A DNA stretch of 64,000 bases from Nitrosomonas sp. Its GTDB lineage: Bacteria > Pseudomonadota > Gammaproteobacteria > Burkholderiales > Nitrosomonadaceae. Numbering within the stretch: the stretch's first letter is position 1; each line of letters starts with the position of its first letter. Location of the stretch: positions 293,078-357,077 of the forward strand of contig CP091135.1 of NCBI GenBank assembly GCA_021582655.1, written 5' to 3'. The notes below the pieces were generated by a model. That model did not search any database and was not told where the DNA came from. It worked only from the letters and a program-made list of their open reading frames with translations. Positions 44,354 through 53,833 of this stretch are shown piece after piece. The position numbers and the translations under genes are program-made.

Positions 44354-44809
44354 TTATAAAAGCATTAAGATGAATTGCCATTCCACCGGATCGACCGGCG
44401 TAATCGACAGCCGGTTACCGGTTTGCAATACGCGCATGCGTTCCAATTCACGGTGTTGGCGCAATTCCTTGATCGGAATCAACCGGATTCGCCGAAGCAG
44501 CATGATGTCTACATTGAACCAGCGTGGATTTCCGGGCGATGCTTTGGGATCGAAATATTTGCTTTGCGGATTGAATTGCGATGCATCCGGGTATGCGGGT
44601 GCGCTTACCGCCGCGATGCCTACAATGCCCGGATCTTTACAGCAGGAATGATAGAAAAACACCTGATCACCGACAGCCATCTGGTGGCGCATGAAATTAC
44701 GCGCCTGGTAGTTTCGCACTCCCTCCCATGCCACTGTCCGATCGGGTAGCGTTTCGAAATCATCAATTTTGAATTCATAGGGTTCGGACTTCATTAACCA
44801 ATAACGCAT
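44354..44809 (-). CDS. EVE domain protein
   Basis: YWLMKSEP, WEGVRNYQARN, FFYHS, RLSITPV. Confidence 0.93.
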   Translation of the reverse strand: MRYWLMKSEPYEFKIDDFETLPDRTVAWEGVRNYQARNFMRHQMAVGDQVFFYHSCCKDPGIVGIAAVSAPAYPDASQFNPQSKYFDPKASPGNPRWFNVDIMLLRRIRLIPIKELRQHRELERMRVLQTGNRLSITPVDPVEWQFILMLL

Positions 44810-44949
44810 ATTCAGGAATTCAGGAATTAAGAAAATAGCAAACAGGAACTCAATAGCTTAAACCGACCAATCATCAAATTGCGATAAAATTCTGCACACT
44901 GTGCAGAAGCTTCGGTAATATCTTGTCATTTGCCGTTCATTTTGACTAT

Positions 44950-45609
44950 ATGACTATGAATACTCCTTCGCTTTCAGATGTTGTCGTGGACACTTGGGTA
45001 CAAGGCGGTCCTGTTAATCCACCCGAACTAATCGGCTCGGTGGTTTTAATCGAGGTATTCCAAGTTAACTGCCCAGGTTGCTTTCTCTATTCACTGCCAA
45101 AATCCATCGAATTGTTTGAGCGATACCATCAGCAAGGATTGATCGTGATCGGATTAGCGACTGCATTTGAAGATTACGATAAGAATACCTTGGAAAACTT
45201 ACAAAAACTGATCGCCACTGGTGAGGTGGTCGGTGAAACGCTAAAAGCGCTAGCTCGCTATAACGTGCTGTCGCATGGTAAATTGCCTTGGAAAATACCG
45301 TATGCGGTCGGCATGGACCGCGTTACCACCGAAACCGAACCGGTTACCGACGAACGCATCCGCAATTATGCAAACACTTTTTTACCGGATTTTGAAAATC
45401 TTGGCGAAGCGCAGCAACAGTCGGTACTGCAACAAATCAAACATTACTTAACGCAAAAAGCCATGAAGGCGGAAACATTCGAGCGCTTTGCTTTGCAAGG
45501 CACCCCTTCATGCATATTGTTCGATCGCAAAGGCCAGCTTAAAGATGTTTCATTTGGTCAAATCGATTATAAGCAAGCGATGGTTGAACATTTTTTAGCT
45601 GAAAAGTGA
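44950..45609 (+). CDS. Thioredoxin-fold protein (redoxin-like)
   Basis: FQVNCPGC, TAFED, GTPS. Confidence 0.8.
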   Translation: MTMNTPSLSDVVVDTWVQGGPVNPPELIGSVVLIEVFQVNCPGCFLYSLPKSIELFERYHQQGLIVIGLATAFEDYDKNTLENLQKLIATGEVVGETLKALARYNVLSHGKLPWKIPYAVGMDRVTTETEPVTDERIRNYANTFLPDFENLGEAQQQSVLQQIKHYLTQKAMKAETFERFALQGTPSCILFDRKGQLKDVSFGQIDYKQAMVEHFLAEK

Positions 45610-45649
45610 CTGCATTTGCTTATTATCACCAAGCACCGTGACGTAACCT

Positions 45650-46330
45650 TCAGTCGATTAAAGTACTGGCAGGCTGAGCATTCAATGCTCCTCCCGTTAA
45701 CCATTTCTCGAATGATTGGTGATGATGCACATCATATTGCCAGCATTCAAATCCCATCGATCTTCCCATATCGATGTTCTCTGGATGATCGTCAATATAG
45801 ACAGTATTAACCGGATTTAATCGATACCGATCAATAGTATAACGATAAATAGCGATATCGGGTTTCAACATACCGACCTCAAACGACAATACTCGGTGCT
45901 CGAACAAGGAAAATTCAGGATAATGGATGAAAATCCACGGGCAATGAATCGCATTGATATTAGAAATCAATATCAAATTATATCGGCGTTTCGCCAGTTG
46001 ACGAACACATTCCCACATCGGTGCGTTATAAGTGAATATATGCCGCCAAGCGTGATAAAACTGCTCAAGCGTGGCATCACTTTGCAGCTTTTTCAATGCC
46101 CAAATCGCAAAAGCTTCAGGCGCCACAGAACCTGCTTCCAGTGCATCTTTCCGCTCCAATACGCACCGGATTCGTGCACTCGGATTTTGAACACCGCTCG
46201 GTATTAATTTTACCAATGAAGATTCAAAATCAAAATCAAGCAAAACACGCCCGATATCAAATAGAAAAGTTTTAGCAGGAATATGGGATAACTCTACGGC
46301 TTTAAGCGGCATGGAAGGTCTTGACATCAA
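45650..46330 (-). CDS. HAD-superfamily hydrolase (YihX-like)
   Basis: FDIGRV, SN, KPD, YIDD motifs. Confidence 0.85.
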   Translation of the reverse strand: MMSRPSMPLKAVELSHIPAKTFLFDIGRVLLDFDFESSLVKLIPSGVQNPSARIRCVLERKDALEAGSVAPEAFAIWALKKLQSDATLEQFYHAWRHIFTYNAPMWECVRQLAKRRYNLILISNINAIHCPWIFIHYPEFSLFEHRVLSFEVGMLKPDIAIYRYTIDRYRLNPVNTVYIDDHPENIDMGRSMGFECWQYDVHHHQSFEKWLTGGALNAQPASTLID

Positions 46331-46362
46331 CTTGTGACAATCACGTCAGATCAAAACTAAAA

Positions 46363-46387
46363 AGGACAAGAATTTCATTCTTGTCCT
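46363..46387 (-). terminator. Terminator downstream of 6S RNA
   Basis: AGGACAAGAAT / ATTCTTGTCCT stem with T-run on the minus strand. Confidence 0.7.
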
Positions 46388-46393
46388 CGAAAA

Positions 46394-46568
46394 GCTCCCC
46401 ACATATGCCGTCAGACCATCATCTTGAACCATAAGGTCCAAGGCGGCTGTTTCATGGATACATCAGGCACATCCGATGATGGCGTGCACAACAGTATCAC
46501 TTTAATCCACAGCCAATATCTAACAATTGGTTCAAAGAATATCAGTCTTAACAAACACCGTAGGGATT
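46394..46568 (-). ncRNA. ssrS: 6S RNA (ends approximate)
   Basis: Directly after zapA; minus strand TCCCTACGGTGTTTGT..TTGAACC..GGTTCAAG..GACGGCATATGTGGGGA with complementary ends. Confidence 0.85.
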
Positions 46569-46591
46569 AACCTGCTTACACTAATTGCTAA

Positions 46592-46903
46592 TCACATCGA
46601 TTGGCTACCTTTATTCGCCATCGCTTCATCGATCTTTCTTTTTAACGCAACTATTCTACGCTTAATTTCATTCTTGTCAAAACTGCTACCATCACGCAAA
46701 ATCAACAACTCATGCGCAATACTTAATGCGGCAATCATAGTGACGCGATCTGAGTCGACAGTTTTTCCATCCGCTTTTATTGTTTGAATCTTTTCATCAA
46801 GATAAGTAGCTGCCAATTGAATTTCTTCGCGCTCGGCGGCGGGGCAAGTCAAACTGAACTCCCGCCCCGCAATGTGCACAATCAATCGCTGATTATTATT
46901 CAT
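46592..46903 (-). CDS. zapA: Cell division protein ZapA
   Basis: IAGREFSLTCP..AA..LD..MIAALSIAHELL; followed by 6S RNA. Confidence 0.9.
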   Translation of the reverse strand: MNNNQRLIVHIAGREFSLTCPAAEREEIQLAATYLDEKIQTIKADGKTVDSDRVTMIAALSIAHELLILRDGSSFDKNEIKRRIVALKRKIDEAMANKGSQSM

Positions 46904-47093
46904 TATTCGGTAATTCTAAAATGAGTGTTTCTAACCGGCTTGCAGCAATATTTATTTTTTCATGCAACGCCTCGCACTGTGCATGAGAAGTTGCAAGCTC
47001 TTCACGTAGTTGATTGTTTTCTAACCGAGAATCTTGATATAGCTCGATGAGTAACGATACATTATCTTCTAACGATTTTAATTCAGCCTTCAT
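46896..47093 (-). CDS. ZapB-like coiled-coil protein
   Basis: 65-aa heptad protein overlapping the zapA start. Confidence 0.75.
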   Translation of the reverse strand: MKAELKSLEDNVSLLIELYQDSRLENNQLREELATSHAQCEALHEKINIAASRLETLILELPNNE

Positions 47094-47203
47094 AGAGACA
47101 CCACTTTTCGGATAATTTTAAGGTTATGATTGGTAACCAAATATTAAATTCTGTCGTGTGCCCTGATGCGATATCGTTATATTTATTTAATAAACCGAAT
47201 AAC

Positions 47204-47443
47204 TTACAAGTTGCGATGCGTACCGTCACAAAAAGGAGCATTCTTTGTTTGCTTGCAAGTACATAGCCAATATTTTTTAGTTTCGGTCACGGTAAATTTT
47301 TTAGGTAAAAATTTTGTATTTTTGTGCGATCCGTCGCAAAAAGGTTGAGCCGCGCTACGCCCGCATGCACACCAAAAGTAATCCTTTCCTGCTTCCAGAT
47401 TTGCTTCGATGGGAATGAACGGTTGATTTACTGATTGATTCAT
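47204..47443 (-). CDS. CDGSH iron-sulfur domain protein (two domains)
   Basis: WCACGRS..PFCDGSH and LCTCKQT..PFCDGTH. Confidence 0.93.
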   Translation of the reverse strand: MNQSVNQPFIPIEANLEAGKDYFWCACGRSAAQPFCDGSHKNTKFLPKKFTVTETKKYWLCTCKQTKNAPFCDGTHRNL

Positions 47444-47681
47444 GATCTTGATCTCTTGTCACGATATTTGAGTATTTTTCTTTGTATATCTGCATCAGTT
47501 ACTTTCATTCGAAATATTTATGTTATTTATCAGATTAATAAGCCGATTTGGCAAGATTTTTTCCAAGAATGATAAGTAACATCATGTTAAATATAATTAA
47601 TAATTAGTTTATTGCGTTTATATTTGTACCTTTACGGTAACTTAATGATGCAACTTTAGAAATTTATTGCTGATTATTTAC

Positions 47682-48860
47682 TTAAACAAACAAGCGCAAT
47701 GCACTCGGGCTGCCGGCATTGATATGATTCTTTTTCATTAAGGCCTGTATTTCAATTAACTGCTGCTTGCTTCTTTGGATGCCGCTATCGCTCAGCGGCA
47801 CCCTGTTATCATCCACCATAATACCGCCTAGCGTATTCGAAAAAATCTTGGCTAAATGCGTCATTTGATCGAATACCCGATCACCATGCGCTACCCGTGG
47901 TACATCCAATAAAAATGTAACACCGTGCGTCGTCAGGGATTTCATATTTTCGAGCAAGAGTGGTGCCGATTCATAATTACTTAGAGTAAACAGAGCATTA
48001 TCGTTATCATCCCGATACTTAAACACGCCATCGGACTCAAGCCTGAATCCCGATGCCTCCGCCAATGCCCGGATTTTGGTGCCGACAAATGCACCTTCGT
48101 CTTTGCTGATGATATTAATGCCGATCATAACATCCACTTCTGCACAGAATTTATCCAACTTGACGGCTTTGTCATGCGTGGCCACAATATCCGGACACTC
48201 CGACGTGGCGTGTACTTGGGATACAAACTCCAGTACCGAATCCCTGAATTTTGATAAATTAACCTCGCTGATCGGTCCAGCTCGGTCGGCCAATTGCAAG
48301 CAGCCTTTCAAATGTGTGTATCCGTCGCTATCCACATTGGATTCGGTGGTGATTTCCTCCCAAGGTGCATTGCTATTTTGCTGACCAAGCCAAACTACGG
48401 GTTTACCGAAATCGAATTTTCTTTGCAACAATTTTGCGATAAAAGTATTTGCAATTACCGAATCCGCTCTGACATTGACAATGTAATTGGTATTGGTATC
48501 AAAATCGAGCAAAGGGGAGTGCGTGGGTGAATGGGCAGCTGCATACGCAGCAGTCGGATTGACAGCAACGTGTGATGGAGCGGTTGACGACGGCTTTTTT
48601 ACTTCTTGAGTCGGTGACTCCATTTGTGTGAAGGCATCGATCTGAGCAAATGCATCCGGTGATTCCGGCGCGGTTTTGGTAAATCGAGGCTCTACTCGCC
48701 GAAATGCTTCATCTTTTCCCAGCAAGACATCATCATGCTCCTGATCAAATGCAGCTTGCACTTTCCGGCGGTAGCGCTGTTGCTGTATCCAATTATAAAT
48801 AGCAACTCCCGCAATCACGATAACGCCGATAACAATCAAACTTAACTGCAAGTCACTCAT
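47682..48860 (-). CDS. zipA: ZipA-like protein (N-terminal TM, C-terminal FtsZ-binding domain)
   Basis: MSDLQL..YNW-x-Q anchor, LQLADRAGP, LLDVPRV, VDDNR, ALRLF; follows smc. Confidence 0.85.
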   Translation of the reverse strand: MSDLQLSLIVIGVIVIAGVAIYNWIQQQRYRRKVQAAFDQEHDDVLLGKDEAFRRVEPRFTKTAPESPDAFAQIDAFTQMESPTQEVKKPSSTAPSHVAVNPTAAYAAAHSPTHSPLLDFDTNTNYIVNVRADSVIANTFIAKLLQRKFDFGKPVVWLGQQNSNAPWEEITTESNVDSDGYTHLKGCLQLADRAGPISEVNLSKFRDSVLEFVSQVHATSECPDIVATHDKAVKLDKFCAEVDVMIGINIISKDEGAFVGTKIRALAEASGFRLESDGVFKYRDDNDNALFTLSNYESAPLLLENMKSLTTHGVTFLLDVPRVAHGDRVFDQMTHLAKIFSNTLGGIMVDDNRVPLSDSGIQRSKQQLIEIQALMKKNHINAGSPSALRLFV

Positions 48861-48953
48861 ACTGAAGATCTCCATAATTAGTTTTTGCAATTTCTGCAAA
48901 AAAGACACCAAGGTAATCGCTTGCTACCGTAGTACCTCTACTACATTCCTTAG

Positions 48954-49090
48954 GGAAGCACTGATAATCGATTCACGAACGCACCACCTCGTTGCTAGGG
49001 CAACTCGCTTCCTCACCAACCTTGTTGATAGGCTGCTATGTTCCGTGCATCTCGTGATTCATTCCGCCCACTGAATTAATCAGTGTCTCC
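48954..49090. mobile_element. 137-bp MITE with IS5-like ends
   Basis: TIRs GGAAGCACTGAT / ATCAGTGTCTCC (10/12), flanked by TTAG and CTAG; no ORF. Confidence 0.7.
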
Positions 49091-49095
49091 CTAGA

Positions 49096-52000
49096 CTAGA
49101 CAATTGGCTGCATTTCGCGCTTTCCCAGTTTGATCGCATCGGCAAGATCAACCGCCACAACCCTCGATATTCCCCGCTCCTGCATGGTAACGCCGACGAG
49201 TCGATGCGCCATTTCCATGGTTATTTTATTATGACTGATAAATAAAAATTGCGTATATTTAGCCAGTTCTTTAACAAGATCGCAAAAACGCACCGTATTG
49301 CTATCATCGAGAGGCGCATCCACTTCATCGAGTAAGCAAAACGGGGCCGGATTTAATCGGAACAATGAAAATACCAAAGCCAGCGCGGTCAATGCTTTTT
49401 CTCCGCCTGACAGCAAATGAATCGAACCGTTCTTTTTACCGGGAGGCTGAGCCGTCAGAATAAAACCGGTTTCGACGTTCTCGCTATCCTGATAAATAAG
49501 CTTTGCCTGCCCGCCGCTGAATATCACGGGAAAAATCTCACCCAGATGTGCATTAACTCGGGAAAATGTTTCCAGTAATCGTTTTTGCGTTTCGTCATCG
49601 ATCTGCCGGATCACATTTTCCAGTGTCGCAATCGCGCCTTTCAGATCATTGAGTTGAAGCTGCAAATTGGATTCCCGTGCCTGCATATTCTCGAGTTCTT
49701 CGATCGCTGCCAAATTGATCGATCCCAATGCAGTAATCGCCTTATTCAATTCGGTAATTTCGCTTTGCAGCACCGAATTACTTTTTTTACCTATTAGTGG
49801 CGATAATTGACTGAGATCCGCAGTGAGTGTGGCGATCATCTCGTCCAATTGATCGATATTCAGTTTGATTGCTTGCGCTTTAAGCCGGGTTTGACTGATC
49901 GCTTCCTGCAAGCCGCGCAATTTGTGCTCGGATTCCAGACGGTTTATTTCGATTTCTCGAAGGCACTGGGTCGTAGCGGTCAATTCCTCGCGAACTTGCC
50001 GTACCGTCGATTCAATAGTAGCGCGCTGCGCTGATGCAGTTTCCAGCGTTTCTTGGATCGGTGTGTCATCAAGCATGCTGATTTCCACCTGTAAATCATC
50101 ACGACTCCCGGTCAGTCGCAACGAATTCTCGTCAAGATGATGCATCGTGGCGGTTATTTCATAGATTTTACTTTCACACGTTTTCAAATGAAACGCCGTT
50201 TCCTGCAATTGTTTGGTCAGTAGTTGATTCTCCTGCTTCTGCTGTGCCAGCGATTGATTGGTTGCCTCCCAAGCTTGGCGCGCGTTCTGCTCTTCCTGCT
50301 TTAGGAAATCGATGAATGCCTTGTTCTTCACCAGACTCTCCGAAGCAATTCGCCGTGCCTCGGATTCATGCGCTGCAGATTGCTGGATCTCGTTGAGCTC
50401 GGAATCGATTTGTCGATTCCGATGAGCGGTCCTCTCGGTGCGCTGCGATAATTTCACCGTATCCAATTGCAGCTGATGTAACTGTGATTGCAATTGTCCG
50501 GTGCTTTCGGTGATGCATTGCACCTCGGTCTTTAACCGATCGCAATCCGATTGCGCCCGCACCAATTCTTCATGCTGGTTGCCGCTGATGACACTCATAC
50601 GATCGTATTCGGTCTGAATCGACGCCAATTCCTGCTGTCGCGACAAAACACCGTGTAATTGCGTATCCGGCGCATAAAAGGTGCAACTGTGACGCGTAAC
50701 AATGTGCCCTTCCGGCGTCACCAACATGTCGCCCAGACTTAACCCGGCTTTTTCAGCGAACGCTGTGCGAGTATCCGCTGCCACATACACATGATGTAAC
50801 CAATCCTCCAGCACAAGTCGAACATGTGTCTGATAACAGCTCAGAAATTCCAGCAATTTTGCTTGCGGATGCCGGACCGACTCGGTTTCTTCACGAAAAA
50901 TTATTTGCGGTACAACGTTTCCGGCATATATGGCCCACCGCCCGGGCGGTACCTCCGTCAGCATATCCAGGATTTGATCCAACTGGATAAGCTCCAAGCT
51001 GTTTAACCGTTCGCGCAATACCGCTTCCAAGGCAGTTTCCCAAACTGATGCAATTTGAATATGCTGCCATAAGCGCGGCAAAACATCCCATCGCCGGGTA
51101 TTGAGCCAGGACGACAATTTTTGATTATTCTCGAGTTTTTGCTGTAAGTTTTGTAAAACCGCCTGCCGCGCTTCCAGCTTGGCAATATCAAGCCGGGATT
51201 GGTGAAGTTTACGTTCAATTTCCTGTTCAAACTGCAAAGCTTTCTCTAATTGCTGCCCGATCATCCGTTTCTTTTCGATATCCTGCTCGAATACTGCTTC
51301 GATACGCCCTATTTCCTGTTGTAATTCGCTCAATTGTTCCGGATCAACCACAGCTAATGACCTGCGTTCGTCGAATAAACGCTGCTGCCGCTGTTCAAGC
51401 TGCTGGATATTTTTGGTGGCATGAAAAATATGATTATTTTCTAATTGATTATTCTGCTCCGCGATTAATAATTTTTGCCGGCATGCGGTCAGCGTATCTT
51501 GCCGCTGATGATATTCGGCTTCCAATACAGGCAATTTCAGATTAAACGCTTCTTGCGCCTGCCGAACAAGCTGGTAAGCCTGTTCCACCTTAATCCGTTC
51601 CTGTTCCCAACCAGCCAATTGCTCGCCGTGATTTGTTTTTAAATGCACATTTTTAAGCAACTGCTCGTCAATCTGCCTTAATTGCTCGACCAGCCGTTCT
51701 TTTGCGGTATGCATGTGATGGATTTGCTGCTCAATGCGCCCGATTTCCGCGTCGGTGCGATACAATTCCCCTTGTACTTGCAGCAACCGTTCATTAATCG
51801 AGTATTCGCGAGCTCTGATCGTTTCATACGCTTGTTCCGCATCGCGCTGAGTCGTGAAAATCGCTTGTTGCGCCCAATCCAATTCAACAAGCTCTTGTTT
51901 GATCTTGTTAAACTTCAGTTCCGCCTCGCTTTTGCGCTGATGCCACAATAACGCCTGCGAATATTGAAGTTGTTCTTGCAATGCAAGATACTGTTGCGCC

Positions 52001-52641
52001 GCCGCCGCTTGGGACGCCAAGCGACTTAATTGCGCGTTCAGCTCTTGAAGAATATCTTCCAGACGCATCATATTTTTGCGTGCATCCGTCAGTCGCATCG
52101 AGGTTTCCGACTTACGTTCCCGATATTGGGAAATGCCGGCGGCTTCTTCAAGAAAACTCCGTAACTCCAGCGGCTTTGCTTCGATGATCTGGGCGATCAC
52201 CCCTTGTTCGATGATGGCATAACCACGACTACCGGAACCGGTTCCAAGAAACAAATCGGTGATATCCCGGCGGCGAACTTGAAGATTATTGATGTAATAA
52301 CCGGATACACCGTCACGATGCAAAACACGCTTTATCGCAATCTCGCTGTAACCGGACCATTGACCGGGAGCTTTACCCGACTGGTTATCCAGCACAATTT
52401 CAACACTGGCACGTCCAATCGCTTTACGGTTATCAGAACCGGAAAATATCACGTCCTGCATTGATTCGCCCCGCAACGTGGAGGCTTTTGATTCTCCCAG
52501 GACCCATCGCACCGCATCGATGATATTCGATTTTCCACACCCGTTCGGCCCCACGATACCGACAAGATCGTAAGATACGGGTATCACGGTTGAGTCGACA
52601 AAAGATTTAAAGCCGGCCAGCTTAATATGAGTTAAGCGCAA
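49096..52641 (-). CDS. smc: Chromosome segregation protein SMC
   Basis: GFKSF, GPNGCGKSN, long coiled coils, LSGGEK, LDEVDAPLD; TTG start at 52641. Confidence 0.97.
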   Translation of the reverse strand: MRLTHIKLAGFKSFVDSTVIPVSYDLVGIVGPNGCGKSNIIDAVRWVLGESKASTLRGESMQDVIFSGSDNRKAIGRASVEIVLDNQSGKAPGQWSGYSEIAIKRVLHRDGVSGYYINNLQVRRRDITDLFLGTGSGSRGYAIIEQGVIAQIIEAKPLELRSFLEEAAGISQYRERKSETSMRLTDARKNMMRLEDILQELNAQLSRLASQAAAAQQYLALQEQLQYSQALLWHQRKSEAELKFNKIKQELVELDWAQQAIFTTQRDAEQAYETIRAREYSINERLLQVQGELYRTDAEIGRIEQQIHHMHTAKERLVEQLRQIDEQLLKNVHLKTNHGEQLAGWEQERIKVEQAYQLVRQAQEAFNLKLPVLEAEYHQRQDTLTACRQKLLIAEQNNQLENNHIFHATKNIQQLEQRQQRLFDERRSLAVVDPEQLSELQQEIGRIEAVFEQDIEKKRMIGQQLEKALQFEQEIERKLHQSRLDIAKLEARQAVLQNLQQKLENNQKLSSWLNTRRWDVLPRLWQHIQIASVWETALEAVLRERLNSLELIQLDQILDMLTEVPPGRWAIYAGNVVPQIIFREETESVRHPQAKLLEFLSCYQTHVRLVLEDWLHHVYVAADTRTAFAEKAGLSLGDMLVTPEGHIVTRHSCTFYAPDTQLHGVLSRQQELASIQTEYDRMSVISGNQHEELVRAQSDCDRLKTEVQCITESTGQLQSQLHQLQLDTVKLSQRTERTAHRNRQIDSELNEIQQSAAHESEARRIASESLVKNKAFIDFLKQEEQNARQAWEATNQSLAQQKQENQLLTKQLQETAFHLKTCESKIYEITATMHHLDENSLRLTGSRDDLQVEISMLDDTPIQETLETASAQRATIESTVRQVREELTATTQCLREIEINRLESEHKLRGLQEAISQTRLKAQAIKLNIDQLDEMIATLTADLSQLSPLIGKKSNSVLQSEITELNKAITALGSINLAAIEELENMQARESNLQLQLNDLKGAIATLENVIRQIDDETQKRLLETFSRVNAHLGEIFPVIFSGGQAKLIYQDSENVETGFILTAQPPGKKNGSIHLLSGGEKALTALALVFSLFRLNPAPFCLLDEVDAPLDDSNTVRFCDLVKELAKYTQFLFISHNKITMEMAHRLVGVTMQERGISRVVAVDLADAIKLGKREMQPIV

Positions 52642-52746
52642 TTTTTGATTAGCAAATAAGACAGTTATAATAGCAGCGCCGCGCGCATGCGTCATCAATG
52701 CGTCATCATACTGTAACTGTATCAACTTAACCAAGAACACGCAAAA

Positions 52747-53163
52747 ATGCCTACAAAACCGCAAAAAACACTGGAAACCTTCGATAATCCGAATAGTGAC
52801 CGGGATTATCATATTCATATGGAAATCCCAGAATTTACCTGTTTATGTCCCAAAACCGGCCAACCGGATTTTGCCACACTGATACTCGACTACATACCGG
52901 ATAAAAAATGCGTGGAATTGAAAAGCCTCAAACTCTATATGTGGTCATACCGGGACGAAGGGGCGTTTCATGAAGCAGTGACCAATAAAATTCTGGATGA
53001 CCTCGCTGCAGCCATGAAACCCCGTTATCTTCGGTTGATCGCCCGTTTTTATGTGCGTGGCGGCATTTTTACCACCGTTACCGCGGATTACCGGAAAAAA
53101 GGATGGAAACCAGGGCCGGTAGTCGCATTGCACGAATTCGACAGCCAATCAAGCTTCAAATAG
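52747..53163 (+). CDS. queF: preQ0 reductase QueF (unimodular type)
   Basis: [28 protein letters not shown]. Confidence 0.95.
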   Translation: MPTKPQKTLETFDNPNSDRDYHIHMEIPEFTCLCPKTGQPDFATLILDYIPDKKCVELKSLKLYMWSYRDEGAFHEAVTNKILDDLAAAMKPRYLRLIARFYVRGGIFTTVTADYRKKGWKPGPVVALHEFDSQSSFK

Positions 53164-53270
53164 CGATTCGGCTTGATCTCAAACGGATTTTTATGATCAG
53201 CACCGGACAAAAAATGGTGTGGTTTGCCATTCAACCAACGTATTTATCCCTTCCGATAACAGAAAAACCT

Positions 53271-53723
53271 ATGATCACATCAGTCAAAACACCAACCTTT
53301 ATTCGCAATATTCTGTTGGTATTATCTTGCATATTTGCAATCAACAGCATTGGCGCCAGTGAAACCTCTTGTCATCCGACAACCGGTAGCCCTCAGTCTT
53401 GCTTGATCGAATTGCCGCAACAAGCAATTCAGCAACTGAAAATCGATGCCGGTTTCGGTTGGGGAATTTTTAGTGGTACGATTTTTAACGGAAACTACAA
53501 TTTCCATATTAAACAATTAGTAATCAGTATGACACCGGTTCATGACCATCATCACATGCATATGCATACACAAATGTCGCACGAACCCAAAATACATCGC
53601 ATCGATTTGGATTTGCCGCCGATATCAAAGGGCGCATTATCAATGGCATTGCCTAATGATGTCGTAGATGCACATGATTTCAAATGGGAAATTTTGCAAG
53701 TAACAGGGTATCAAACCCAGTGA
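53271..53723 (+). CDS. Secreted hypothetical protein with His/Met-rich loop
   Basis: Signal peptide, Cys pair, HDHHHMHMHTQMSHE. Confidence 0.7.
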   Translation: MITSVKTPTFIRNILLVLSCIFAINSIGASETSCHPTTGSPQSCLIELPQQAIQQLKIDAGFGWGIFSGTIFNGNYNFHIKQLVISMTPVHDHHHMHMHTQMSHEPKIHRIDLDLPPISKGALSMALPNDVVDAHDFKWEILQVTGYQTQ

Positions 53724-53833
53724 TGCCTGGCGCCGCGTAATTGCTCCCCTCTTCCCGAACACACAGTGTATGATCGGGCAACAAAGCAGACATTTTATAT
53801 TTCAATCTATTTTCATCGATAACAAAACGACTT

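Noticed and set aside
47565-47592. Second dif-like string AAGAATGATAA-GTAACA-TCATGTTAAAT
   Set aside because: Mismatch in the XerD arm, poor XerC arm, very AT-rich context and no mobile genes nearby
52642-52818. N-terminal extension of smc in the ORF track (likewise rpsA, sucD, leuC, hpf)
   Set aside because: Overlaps or approaches neighbouring genes and precedes the conserved N-terminus; downstream starts were chosen
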